64,000 bases of DNA from Verrucomicrobiia bacterium (GTDB lineage Bacteria > Verrucomicrobiota > Verrucomicrobiia > Limisphaerales > UBA1319), in NCBI GenBank assembly GCA_963664225.1, contig OY760937.1, forward strand, positions 928,001 to 992,000. Reading direction: 5' to 3'. Position numbers and translations under genes: made by a program. The notes under the pieces were generated by a model. It saw only the letters and a list, made by a program, of their open reading frames with translations, ran no database searches and had not been told where the DNA came from. Below, in pieces: positions 50,081 through 58,699 of this stretch (positions within the stretch are counted from its first letter, which is position 1; every line of letters starts with the position of its first letter).

Positions 50081-51115
50081 CTATTTTTGCGCCAGCAAAG
50101 CATTGAGCTTGGACATGACCGCAAAGGCGTCTGCCACATAGAGCACATCGGCCTTGCCGCGCGCCCAGCCGCAATTGGGATCGAGATTGATGGCGCGGCG
50201 TTCGTTAATGAAACGCCAGCCGACAGTGTGCGGTTCCTCGCCGTGGCAGCAAGTGGCCAGTCCCTTTTGATGGCGCGGAGTTGAGCCGGTCTGGCCAATT
50301 TGATTCAAGTGCGTGAGGAAGGGCAGGACTGCCTGACCTTCGCCGCTCAGATCGACCAGCGATTTGCTGCTGCCCAACGAAGCCCGTGTGACATGCAGAA
50401 AATCCATGATCAAGGTTTCCGCCTCTTTGACGTGTGGTTGGCCGTCCGCCTGTTTCTTGGTCCAACCGGCTCCGGTGACGAACAATAACGCCGCCTCGGG
50501 CCGGATGGTTTGCTGATCCGCCGGTGGGGATTGAAATCCCGTCACTCGTGTTCGCTGGGCTTCCGCTCCGAGGGTTAAAGGCAACATCTCAACCACAACC
50601 GGTTTGCCGGTTCCCTGGAAAGGAACGGCGGAACCCGCGTCCATGAGCATGATCCACGGGCGTTGATTGCGTTGCAGTGTTCCCTCAATGCGTTGGCGAT
50701 AATACCAGCGGTTTGTGGCAACCTTGCCATCGTTCACGGGAATGCCGCTCACATGGGTGTCCACGCGACCGTTGAGACGCAATGCCACTCCGGCCATGGC
50801 GCGCGCAAAACGGGAAGTATGCGCGGCAATGACGATGGTCGCCTGTGCGGTGGTGCATAAGGCCTGTGCGGCCGCGGCGTCTGTCGCGTAATGGGCATCG
50901 CGCAGGGATTCATGACGGACACCGATAAACCTGGTGGCGCCGCAGGAAGCAATGCTGTCAGCGGTGGCTTGAACTTCCGGCCCCATCAAACCGACGACCA
51001 GTGGGGCGTTGTTCAGGGATTGTGCCAGCGTCTGCGCAGAGGCCAGGGCTTCCAATGCCGGTTTGGCGAGCGTGCCGTCCGGCTCTGTATGTGCGAGAAA
51101 TAGCAGGGTTTCCAT
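50081..51115 (-). CDS. etfA: Electron transfer flavoprotein alpha subunit, divergent
   Basis: LGSSK, QIGQTG, AINLDP, AD...VAD motifs; adjacent to the beta subunit. Confidence 0.8.
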   Translation of the reverse strand: METLLFLAHTEPDGTLAKPALEALASAQTLAQSLNNAPLVVGLMGPEVQATADSIASCGATRFIGVRHESLRDAHYATDAAAAQALCTTAQATIVIAAHTSRFARAMAGVALRLNGRVDTHVSGIPVNDGKVATNRWYYRQRIEGTLQRNQRPWIMLMDAGSAVPFQGTGKPVVVEMLPLTLGAEAQRTRVTGFQSPPADQQTIRPEAALLFVTGAGWTKKQADGQPHVKEAETLIMDFLHVTRASLGSSKSLVDLSGEGQAVLPFLTHLNQIGQTGSTPRHQKGLATCCHGEEPHTVGWRFINERRAINLDPNCGWARGKADVLYVADAFAVMSKLNALLAQK

Positions 51116-51132
51116 GGTAATAAAGGGAGAAA

Positions 51133-51945
51133 TCAGGCGGTTTTGATCCAGGCGGCGATATCGCGCGCCACATCATCGGCGGACATATCCTTGACGATTT
51201 TGGTCTCGCGCATTTGTTTGGGCAGGGCGACGTTCAAATAAGCGCCTGGTTCCGCCGTCGTTTTTGCGGGTTTGGCCTTTTGGAGCGCCGGCATGATTCC
51301 CCGCATATTCGCCATTCCCACCTGCGGGTTGTTGCGCGGTTCCGGCAAATTCCCTGTGGCCCATCCGAGCACGGCGGGTGGACCCACGCACACGGAGACC
51401 TGATGTTTGGCCCCTTCAACCCGTTCGAGGATTTGCAGGCTGCCATCCGCGTTGACCGTTAATTGATCGACCCCTTGAAATTGATCGAGGATGCCCAGGC
51501 GTTCTCCGACGAGCGCAAGCGTGGTCCCCGTGCCGCGCGAGGCGGATTCCCAACCGCCGAAAAGGAGCAGCCGCGTGTGATCCAATCCGGGCGCGGCCTT
51601 GATTGCTTCGGCGAGCGCTGCGGAGGTTTCCCATGCTTCGGAGAAGCCGCTGGCCGAACCGTCGAGCACGATCAATTCGAAGGGCACCTTTTGGGCCACG
51701 GTCATCATGACCTGTTGCAGCTTGGCCTTTGGTCCCAGACTCACGAGCCAGACTTTGCTGCCCGGCGTATTCTTCGCAAGGTTCGCCGCCTCATACAGGG
51801 CGTGGCTGGCCCAGGGATCCAATACCGCCGGGAGCATCATTTCGTTCTTTAATCCGGGACCGGCAGGGGTGGTCACCGGCTCCAGAGTCTGGAGCGGATC
51901 GGGGACGATGCTGCCGCATACAACAATGTGATAACCGTTACTCAT
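51133..51945 (-). CDS. etfB: Electron transfer flavoprotein beta subunit, divergent
   Basis: IVVC...VPD, LDPW..HALYEA, VSLGP, EPR motifs. Confidence 0.8.
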   Translation of the reverse strand: MSNGYHIVVCGSIVPDPLQTLEPVTTPAGPGLKNEMMLPAVLDPWASHALYEAANLAKNTPGSKVWLVSLGPKAKLQQVMMTVAQKVPFELIVLDGSASGFSEAWETSAALAEAIKAAPGLDHTRLLLFGGWESASRGTGTTLALVGERLGILDQFQGVDQLTVNADGSLQILERVEGAKHQVSVCVGPPAVLGWATGNLPEPRNNPQVGMANMRGIMPALQKAKPAKTTAEPGAYLNVALPKQMRETKIVKDMSADDVARDIAAWIKTA

Positions 51946-52147
51946 GCGGCCTCATTCATAGAGAAATCCAATGTCTGGTGCAAGTGTCAGGTACGCGCTT
52001 GGGAAAAAAGATTTGGCCGGGTCGGCACGGCCATGAGGTTCCAAACACCCGGTTATTCAGGGAATCTGGGGAAATAATAATGCCCGCGTTCCGGCGAAAT
52101 CTCGCAAGAACCGGGCAGGGAATCGATACCGTACCGACCGGGCGCGG

Positions 52148-52903
52148 TTACTTGACCATGTTCACCAAAGGCGACAGTCCTTGAATGCGCACTTCCAGGC
52201 GGTCGCCGGATTCGATCGGGCCAATGCCGCTGGGTGTGCCGGTCAGGATGATGTCTCCGGGCAGCAGTGTCATATTGGTCGAAACGAAACTCACCAGGTT
52301 GAAACAATTAAAGATCATCTGGCTGGTGTTCGAATTCTGGCGAAGCTGGCCATTTTGGAACAACTGGATGGTCAGATCATGCGGGTCGATCTTGGTTTCG
52401 ACGTAAGGCCCCAGAGGAGTGAAAGTGTCAAACGACTTGCAGCGCGCCCATTGGCCTTCGGCACTTTGAATGGTGCGGTCGCTGATATCCTGGGCGGCGG
52501 TATAGCCAAAAATGTAACGCGCGGCTGCGGCGGGAGTCACGTTGCGCACACGGCGGCCAATCACAATGACCAACTCGGCCTCGTAATCCACCCGATGATT
52601 CGTAAACGGAATCTCGATCTTGGCGCCATCGGCAATAAGCGATGTGGGAGCCTTCAGCCAGAAGAGCGGCTCCTTGGGGAGCGGCTTGCCGGTTTCACGG
52701 GCGTGGTCCGCGTAATTCAGCCCCACGGCGATGATTTTGGACGGTGCCACCGGGGTGAGTGTCTTCACGCCTTTTGAAGGAAGCGGCTTCTTCTCGTAGG
52801 ACGGAGACCCAAATGGATCTCCAATCAAACGGAAAAGCTCGCCATCGACAACCTTCGCATGGAAGATCTCGTCACCCTTTTGGAATCGGCCAATAGCTGC
52901 CAT
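52148..52903 (-). CDS. Fumarylacetoacetate hydrolase family protein
   Basis: KIIAVGLNYADH, DYEAEL, DISDR, KSFDTFTPLGP, PGDIILTGTP.G. Confidence 0.93.
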   Translation of the reverse strand: MAAIGRFQKGDEIFHAKVVDGELFRLIGDPFGSPSYEKKPLPSKGVKTLTPVAPSKIIAVGLNYADHARETGKPLPKEPLFWLKAPTSLIADGAKIEIPFTNHRVDYEAELVIVIGRRVRNVTPAAAARYIFGYTAAQDISDRTIQSAEGQWARCKSFDTFTPLGPYVETKIDPHDLTIQLFQNGQLRQNSNTSQMIFNCFNLVSFVSTNMTLLPGDIILTGTPSGIGPIESGDRLEVRIQGLSPLVNMVK

Positions 52904-53032
52904 ATATTTGCGCTAATAATAACAACAAATTGCCAATGGTCGCAAGCTTAAAGTCAGGAATCGAAAACCAAAAATCGTAGAGACCACATCGTCGGACTCG
53001 ACTTATGCCGTTGCCTGTGTAGTCTTTGGCCC

Positions 53033-54355
53033 ATGTCTGAGCCGTCACAATTCGCACCCTTTGCGCCGGTATTGGGTCTTTTGCTGGGATTGCTCTGCCT
53101 CATGGCGGCCATGCGCGCGGGCAAACGCCGCCGTTTGGTCGATAATCTGCCCACTTCCAGAACGACAGGCGTTTTTATCGGGCTGGTGGAGCTCAAGGGC
53201 ACTGCGGAGGCCGAACAACCACTGGTCAGCTATCTTGCCGGCCAGCCTTGTGTGCAATACGCGTGGTCCGTTCAGGAGCATTGGTCCCGGACCGTCACCG
53301 AGACCTATACGGACAGCAATGGAAAAACCCAGACGCGCACGCGGCATGAGAGCGGTTGGACGACGGTGGCCAGCGGTGGCGAGATGATTCCCTTTTTTCT
53401 GAAGGACACGGAGGGCGTGATTCGCATTTTGCCCATGGGCGCCAATTTGCAGCCGCTGGGAATCTTTGACACCACCTGTGGATTGGGGGACGCCCTTTAT
53501 TACGGGAAAGGCCCTCAAGGAGCCGTGTCGAATTCAGATTTTCGCCGACGTTTTTGTGAAACCGGCATTCCCTTGCACACCCCTCTTTACGTGATGGGAC
53601 AGGCGCGCGAGCGGGACGACATCGTGGCGGCCGAGATTGCCGAGGATAAAAATGCCCCCATGTTTCTGATTTCGACAAAATCCGAAGAGCAGGTCAGCTC
53701 CGGGTTTGCATGGGCGTACATCGGCTGGGGAATTCTGGGCGGAATTCTCGGATTGGCGGGAATTTTTGCGCGGGAACGCATGCTCAACGTCGAATCGCCC
53801 GTTGTGCTGGCCTATGCGCTGGTGGCGTGCGGTTACGCAATGGCCTGGTTTCTGGCGTGGGTTTGGATGGTTTACAACAGCATGGTGGATCTGCGCCAGC
53901 GGGTGAATCAGGGATGGTCGCAGGTCGATGTCCAACTCAAACGCCGGCACGATTTGATCCCCAATCTGGTGCAAACGATCCAGGGTTTGCGGGATTACGA
54001 ACAAAACCTGCAGGTCGAGTTGGCTGCCCTTCGGGCCCAGAGCACGGCGACTCCGCCCGGGGAGCCGGGACCGGATTATCGCGCCTGTTCGCAAACTTTG
54101 GTGGCCATTGCGGAGAAATATCCGCAGATCAAGGCCCAGGAATCGTTTTTAAACCTGCAAAAGAATCTGGCGGATACAGAGCAAAGAATTGCGCTGGCGC
54201 GAGGCTATTTCAACGCCATCGCCACTTTTTACAATACCCGGTTGGAAATCGTTCCCGACCGTTTCATTGCGGTCCTTGCGGGAATGAAGCCCCAGGCCCT
54301 GATGGCGGCCAATGAATTCGAGCGCGCCCCCGTCGTCGTTGAACTGGCCTCGTGA
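53033..54355 (+). CDS. GIDE-like domain fused to LemA
   Basis: TM + PTSR....GLVELKG + F.L.D..G.I.I (GIDE-like); two TM segments; YN.....R.RV...WSQVDVQLKRRHDLIPNLV, EKYP..KA, E.RIA.AR..FN (LemA). Confidence 0.8.
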   Translation: MSEPSQFAPFAPVLGLLLGLLCLMAAMRAGKRRRLVDNLPTSRTTGVFIGLVELKGTAEAEQPLVSYLAGQPCVQYAWSVQEHWSRTVTETYTDSNGKTQTRTRHESGWTTVASGGEMIPFFLKDTEGVIRILPMGANLQPLGIFDTTCGLGDALYYGKGPQGAVSNSDFRRRFCETGIPLHTPLYVMGQARERDDIVAAEIAEDKNAPMFLISTKSEEQVSSGFAWAYIGWGILGGILGLAGIFARERMLNVESPVVLAYALVACGYAMAWFLAWVWMVYNSMVDLRQRVNQGWSQVDVQLKRRHDLIPNLVQTIQGLRDYEQNLQVELAALRAQSTATPPGEPGPDYRACSQTLVAIAEKYPQIKAQESFLNLQKNLADTEQRIALARGYFNAIATFYNTRLEIVPDRFIAVLAGMKPQALMAANEFERAPVVVELAS

Positions 54356-54400
54356 CCTGCCATCAAATCACAAGGCCTGGCATTTCGTTGTCTGAGCCGT

Positions 54401-55843
54401 TTAAACCTTTTCAGGCACGACAAAAGGCGGACGATAGATGCGGGTCAGCATCTCGTTGGCCTTGTCGTTCTCGATGAATCGCTCGGTTTTTGGATCCATT
54501 TTCAGAACAACGCCCAGGGTCCCCTTGGTTTTGGTCAGGTCCACCCCATTAGCCTGGAGATGTTCGTGGCAGCGTTCCGCAGTCTCCATGGCGTCAGGAT
54601 CGGATTGCAGCGCTTCGCGAATTTCATCCGGCTCTTTTTGTGCGCCGAGTCGATACGAAATATTTCCCGTGTGGCACAGCGCGCTGGAAAGATGGCCTTC
54701 AAGAATGTCGGCGTTCAGGTCGGTATGCTTCCGGCTGCGAATGGCCTTGATCCAATTCTCGAAATGGTCACCGCCCGCATCAAACGACTTGATGACCTTT
54801 CCGTCGTTGTCGAAGGCCTTTCCGGCGGAGTAGCTGGTGATGACCATGTAGCCGTCTTCGCAATGCACCACCAGACCGATGCTCGCGCCCCGGTATTCAT
54901 CCATTTTTGCATCGGTGGTGCTGCGGGGCAAACCACGCACCTCGAAGATCAGCTTTGCCTTTTCATACTCGTGAAACATGAACATCGTGTTGGGCGTTTC
55001 ACCATCATCCTCGTATCCCAGGCGACCGCCCACACTGAAGATGCGGGGCGAAAGCTCGTTGACCTGGAGCGCCCAACGCGCGAGGTCCATTTGGTGGATC
55101 CCCTGGTTGCCCAAATCCCCGCAGCCGGTGGGCCAGACCCAATGCCAATCGTAGTGGAGTCTTTTGCGGTGCAGCGGTGTCATCGGCGCCGGACCGGTCC
55201 AAAGATCGTAATCGACGGAGGCGGGAACGGGTTGTGGTCCCTCGGTCTTGCCAATACTGGCACGCCGTTTGTAGCACAAGCCGCGGGCTATTTTGACTTT
55301 CCCCAATTTGCCATCGTGCAGGTATTGCATCATTTCGCGCATGCCTTCCGTGGACCGGCACTGAGTTCCCGTTTGGACAATGCGATTGTATTTGCGGGCG
55401 GCCTCCACAATCCTGCGTCCTTCAGAGACATTGTGAGAAACGGGTTTTTCCACATAGACGTCCTTGCCCGCCTGGCAGGCCCAGATGGAAATAAGCGCAT
55501 GCCAGTGGTTGGGCGTGGCCGTGCTGATGGCGTCGATATTTTTGTTTTCCAGCAGCTTGCGGATGTCGGTGTAGGCCTCGACCTTGATGCCCTTGGCATC
55601 CAATTGCTTGACGTTCTTATCCAGGACATCCTTGTCCACATCGCATAGGGCGACGAGCCGGACGCCTTTGAGCTTGGTCAAACTGGCGATGTGACCTGCC
55701 CCCTGGGCATTAAAACCGACGACCGCCACGCGAATATCATCATTGGCGCCCCGCGTCTGGGACCAGGAGGGCAGGGGCAGGGCGAGGCTGGCGCTGGCGG
55801 CAAGCGACGTTTTTAAGAAACCGCGGCGTGAGAGGATTTGCAT
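54401..55843 (-). CDS. Tat-exported Gfo/Idh/MocA oxidoreductase
   Basis: SRRGFLK Tat signal, ATPNHWH, VYVEKP, GDLGNQGIH..D. Confidence 0.92.
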   Translation of the reverse strand: MQILSRRGFLKTSLAASASLALPLPSWSQTRGANDDIRVAVVGFNAQGAGHIASLTKLKGVRLVALCDVDKDVLDKNVKQLDAKGIKVEAYTDIRKLLENKNIDAISTATPNHWHALISIWACQAGKDVYVEKPVSHNVSEGRRIVEAARKYNRIVQTGTQCRSTEGMREMMQYLHDGKLGKVKIARGLCYKRRASIGKTEGPQPVPASVDYDLWTGPAPMTPLHRKRLHYDWHWVWPTGCGDLGNQGIHQMDLARWALQVNELSPRIFSVGGRLGYEDDGETPNTMFMFHEYEKAKLIFEVRGLPRSTTDAKMDEYRGASIGLVVHCEDGYMVITSYSAGKAFDNDGKVIKSFDAGGDHFENWIKAIRSRKHTDLNADILEGHLSSALCHTGNISYRLGAQKEPDEIREALQSDPDAMETAERCHEHLQANGVDLTKTKGTLGVVLKMDPKTERFIENDKANEMLTRIYRPPFVVPEKV

Positions 55844-55880
55844 ATCATTAAAGGGTTAAGCTACTGAGTTAAGCGACAAA

Positions 55881-56849
55881 TTATTTGGTGTATTCCCGAT
55901 ACAGACCGGCAATGTCGGAGTCCTTTTCATTGCCCATGTGGAAGATCAGGCGATAGCGAAACGTGACGCTTTGACCCGAGGGAATCTTTAAATCGCCTGC
56001 GCCAACCGGTTTCTTCTCAAAATCATGAAGGCCGAAGGGATTCGCGGCGAAAAGGCCGTAATCACGCACATGCCACGTCGTGGGATAACGCGGATTCTTC
56101 GGATGATCGAAGAACGCCACACCCACAGTTTCATTGTTCACCGGACCGTAATAGTCGCACCAGGCGGCGCGTTTGCCCCAGGTGTCCCCATCCTTTTGCC
56201 CGGCGCTGTTGATGATGTGCCCCTTGCCCGTTTTGCCGGTCAAACGCATCGTTTCCGCCAGGCGTATCCCCATCGAGCCTTCCTTGGTGTCACCAAAGAC
56301 CACATCGCCCTCCGAGGCTTTGATCGTGATCTCAAAATCGATCCAGCGCAGCTTGTCGCTGTTTCCGATGCGCACCACGCGATCTTCTGTGCAAACCGTT
56401 TTTCCAGCGGGGCCAACCCATTTAATCGCCTCCTTAAAGGAACCTTCCTTGGAACCCGACTCGATATCGGTGAACTTTTCATGAACGATGAGGCCCAGGT
56501 CCGGACCCTCATCCGCCCAGAAATTGACTTTGTTCACCTCACCATGGGAGTACCAGAGGGATTTGTGATGGGGATGGTCGTGCTCCTCGCCTTCGGGGCT
56601 TTTCATCGGCCAGTTGCGCGTCATGGCCTGGCCGCCCGGCCCGATGATCGGATACATGTACGGGCGTCGGTCCCCTTGATAGACATAATCCGAGAAAAGT
56701 TGGCCGCCGATTTCAATGCGGAGCCGGTCCTTCTGATCGGTGATTTTAACATCCTGAGCGGGGAGGGGATTTGCGGCCTGCAGCAGGCTTGAGCCCAAGG
56801 CCAGCCAGAGCAACACGCCGCATGAGATGGTTTTTACATGCCGGGTCAT
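55881..56849 (-). CDS. Secreted PmoA-like (PF14100-type) protein, not a methane monooxygenase
   Basis: Signal peptide, PY.YP, DHPHH.SLW, DTKEG, DHP.N..P..WH.R.YGLF.ANPFG. Confidence 0.75.
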   Translation of the reverse strand: MTRHVKTISCGVLLWLALGSSLLQAANPLPAQDVKITDQKDRLRIEIGGQLFSDYVYQGDRRPYMYPIIGPGGQAMTRNWPMKSPEGEEHDHPHHKSLWYSHGEVNKVNFWADEGPDLGLIVHEKFTDIESGSKEGSFKEAIKWVGPAGKTVCTEDRVVRIGNSDKLRWIDFEITIKASEGDVVFGDTKEGSMGIRLAETMRLTGKTGKGHIINSAGQKDGDTWGKRAAWCDYYGPVNNETVGVAFFDHPKNPRYPTTWHVRDYGLFAANPFGLHDFEKKPVGAGDLKIPSGQSVTFRYRLIFHMGNEKDSDIAGLYREYTK

Positions 56850-57071
56850 GGCTTTGGATTATGCGTTTTAACCCCGCGCAGTCAAAAGGAATTCGCGTGG
56901 AATTTTGGGCCCGCGACCGTGGAATAGCTTGAACCCGCCGCCGTATCTGGTAGGAACATGGCGTATTGCATTATATAAATGTCATGTTATGAGAATCCTT
57001 TTTGCCAGGGCCAATAACCAATTTGCCTCGATGCGCGCCGCATTAAGCCGTCATTCCCTGCCGGTAACGCC

Positions 57072-57953
57072 GTGAAACGTAACTCCCTTCATGCCTGGTT
57101 CCTGGCGGCGCGTCCCAAAACGCTCGCCGCCGGTTCGGTCCCGGTGATCGCGGCCTCTGGATTGGCAGCGCATTTCGGACATTTTCAGCTAGTGCCTGCA
57201 GTGCTCTGCCTGATGTTTGCACTGCTCGCCCAGATTGCCTCCAATTTCAGCAACGACTATTTCGATTTCATCAAAAAGACCGATAACGAAAATCGGTTGG
57301 GGCCGGCACGGGCCGTTGCTTCTGGTTGGATCGAACCCGGGAAAATGCTGATGGGCACGATCTTGACCATTGGTCTGGCCTGCCTCTTTGGACTGGGACT
57401 CGTCTATTACGGTGGATGGGCCATGCTCCTGGTCGGCCTCGCCTGCGTGCTGGCTCTCCTGGCCTATACCGCCGGTCCCTGGCCTTTGGCCTACAACGGC
57501 TTGGGGGACCTGTTCGTCCTGGTGTTTTTTGGGATTGTAGCGGTGGTGTTTTCCTTCTTCGTGCAGACACTCACCTTCAAGCCGCTCGTTTTCGTGGCCG
57601 GTTTCATTATTGGCCTGCCTGCCGTGAACATTCTGGTGCTCAATAATTACCGCGACCGGGAAAACGACAGGGCCTGCCACAAACGCACCACCATCGTGAT
57701 CTTCGGGGAGGCGTTCGGACGGTGGTTCTACCTGTTGAACGGCCTGGCGGCGTGCCTGCTATGTCTGTTTTTCATAAGGGAATCGCTTTGGGCGGCGCTG
57801 CTGCCCTTCCTATACCTGCTGCCGCACTACAAAACCTGGCGTAAAATCTGCGCGATTCGGGAAGGCAAGGCATTAAACAACCTCCTGGGCGAAACCTCCC
57901 GAAATCTCCTGATAATCGGACTGTTGCTTACGGCTGGTTTGTTATGGGAGTAA
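57072..57953 (+). CDS. menA: 1,4-dihydroxy-2-naphthoate prenyltransferase
   Basis: ARPKTL, N..NDYFDF, YT.GP, GLGD, NNYRD..D...KRT motifs. Confidence 0.92.
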   Translation: MKRNSLHAWFLAARPKTLAAGSVPVIAASGLAAHFGHFQLVPAVLCLMFALLAQIASNFSNDYFDFIKKTDNENRLGPARAVASGWIEPGKMLMGTILTIGLACLFGLGLVYYGGWAMLLVGLACVLALLAYTAGPWPLAYNGLGDLFVLVFFGIVAVVFSFFVQTLTFKPLVFVAGFIIGLPAVNILVLNNYRDRENDRACHKRTTIVIFGEAFGRWFYLLNGLAACLLCLFFIRESLWAALLPFLYLLPHYKTWRKICAIREGKALNNLLGETSRNLLIIGLLLTAGLLWE

Positions 57954-58121
57954 GACAAAAATCTTCAGCGCCAGGAGAAAGCCATTAAAAGCGGATGGAA
58001 ATATATACGTAACGATTGTACCAGGAATTTAACGATGGTTGTTGGTCGGAAACCGGACGCTGCACGAGGGTGCGTGGCATACAACATATTCAGGCGCATC
58101 ATCTTGTAGGCCAGGTGCCCT
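57950..58121. repeat. ~170 bp dispersed non-coding element, copy 2
   Basis: Colinear with 48033-48203; its first bases overlap the menA TAA; ends in a half-decayed GTAG REP (GTAGGCCAGGTGCCCT). Confidence 0.9.
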
Positions 58122-58225
58122 GATATGCCGTCCCAGGGATTGGAGTTCTAGCTTCCACCGAACAGACCATCGCTTTATCCGGCGTTTTCACATGTAGTCC
58201 CGACGCCCCCATCGTGCGGCAGCAG

Positions 58226-58270
58226 GTAGCGCAGGTTGCTAACCTGCTGTAGCGCAGATTGCCAATCTGC
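58226..58270 (+). repeat. Tandem GTAG-type REP-like palindromes
   Basis: GTAGC-GCAGGTT-GCT-AACCTGC and GTAGC-GCAGATT-GCC-AATCTGC, with a compensatory change in the stem. Confidence 0.75.
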
Positions 58271-58417
58271 AAGCATTGAAATCCATCCATGGTCCTCAAT
58301 TGAAGTGGCCCGGATCTCCAACTTCACCCGACCAGGCCATCGCATCGCAGAGGCGTTGGAAGTCGAACATCCCTTCGAAAATTAAAGTCGCCCCTACGTG
58401 CGCCACCCATCCTCCGG

Positions 58418-58512
58418 GCAACCCGGAATGGGTTGCATCACTCAGTCCCGGGTTGGCCGCCGAGGACTACCCGGGGTCCCTGTCCATCAGAATTCCAACG
58501 CTGTAAGCGTTG
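58418..58512. repeat. Composite palindromic (REP-like) element
   Basis: GCAACCC/GGGTTGC, CCCGGG/CCCGGG and CAACGCT/AGCGTTG hairpins in series. Confidence 0.55.
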
Positions 58513-58514
58513 AA

Positions 58515-58652
58515 TCAAATTCTTTTCCCGTCTTGCTCATCCAAAACCGTCCAATACGCATCGCGCACGACCTCGCTGGAGTCGGCGTATCCGCCAACTC
58601 GAACTTTCTGAGCGATGAAGCGCTCCAGGTCTTTTGTCAATGTCACTTGCAT
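58515..58652 (-). pseudogene. Truncated orphan ParD-like (ribbon-helix-helix) antitoxin, 45 aa
   Basis: Manual translation MQVTLTKDLERFIAQKVRVGGYADSSEVVRDAYWTVLDEQDGKRI; matches the ParD RHH pattern up to SEVVRDA, then diverges; no toxin follows. Confidence 0.7.
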
Positions 58653-58699
58653 GACTGTTTTTTCCCGGGTGGTCTGCCTGATGTCAACCGGCTGAATTT

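Noticed and set aside
55881..56849. Particulate methane monooxygenase
   Set aside because: Soluble secreted protein with no pmoCAB context; the family name is misleading.
58226..58270. CRISPR array
   Set aside because: Two abutting palindromes with no spacers or cas genes; they fit REP elements.
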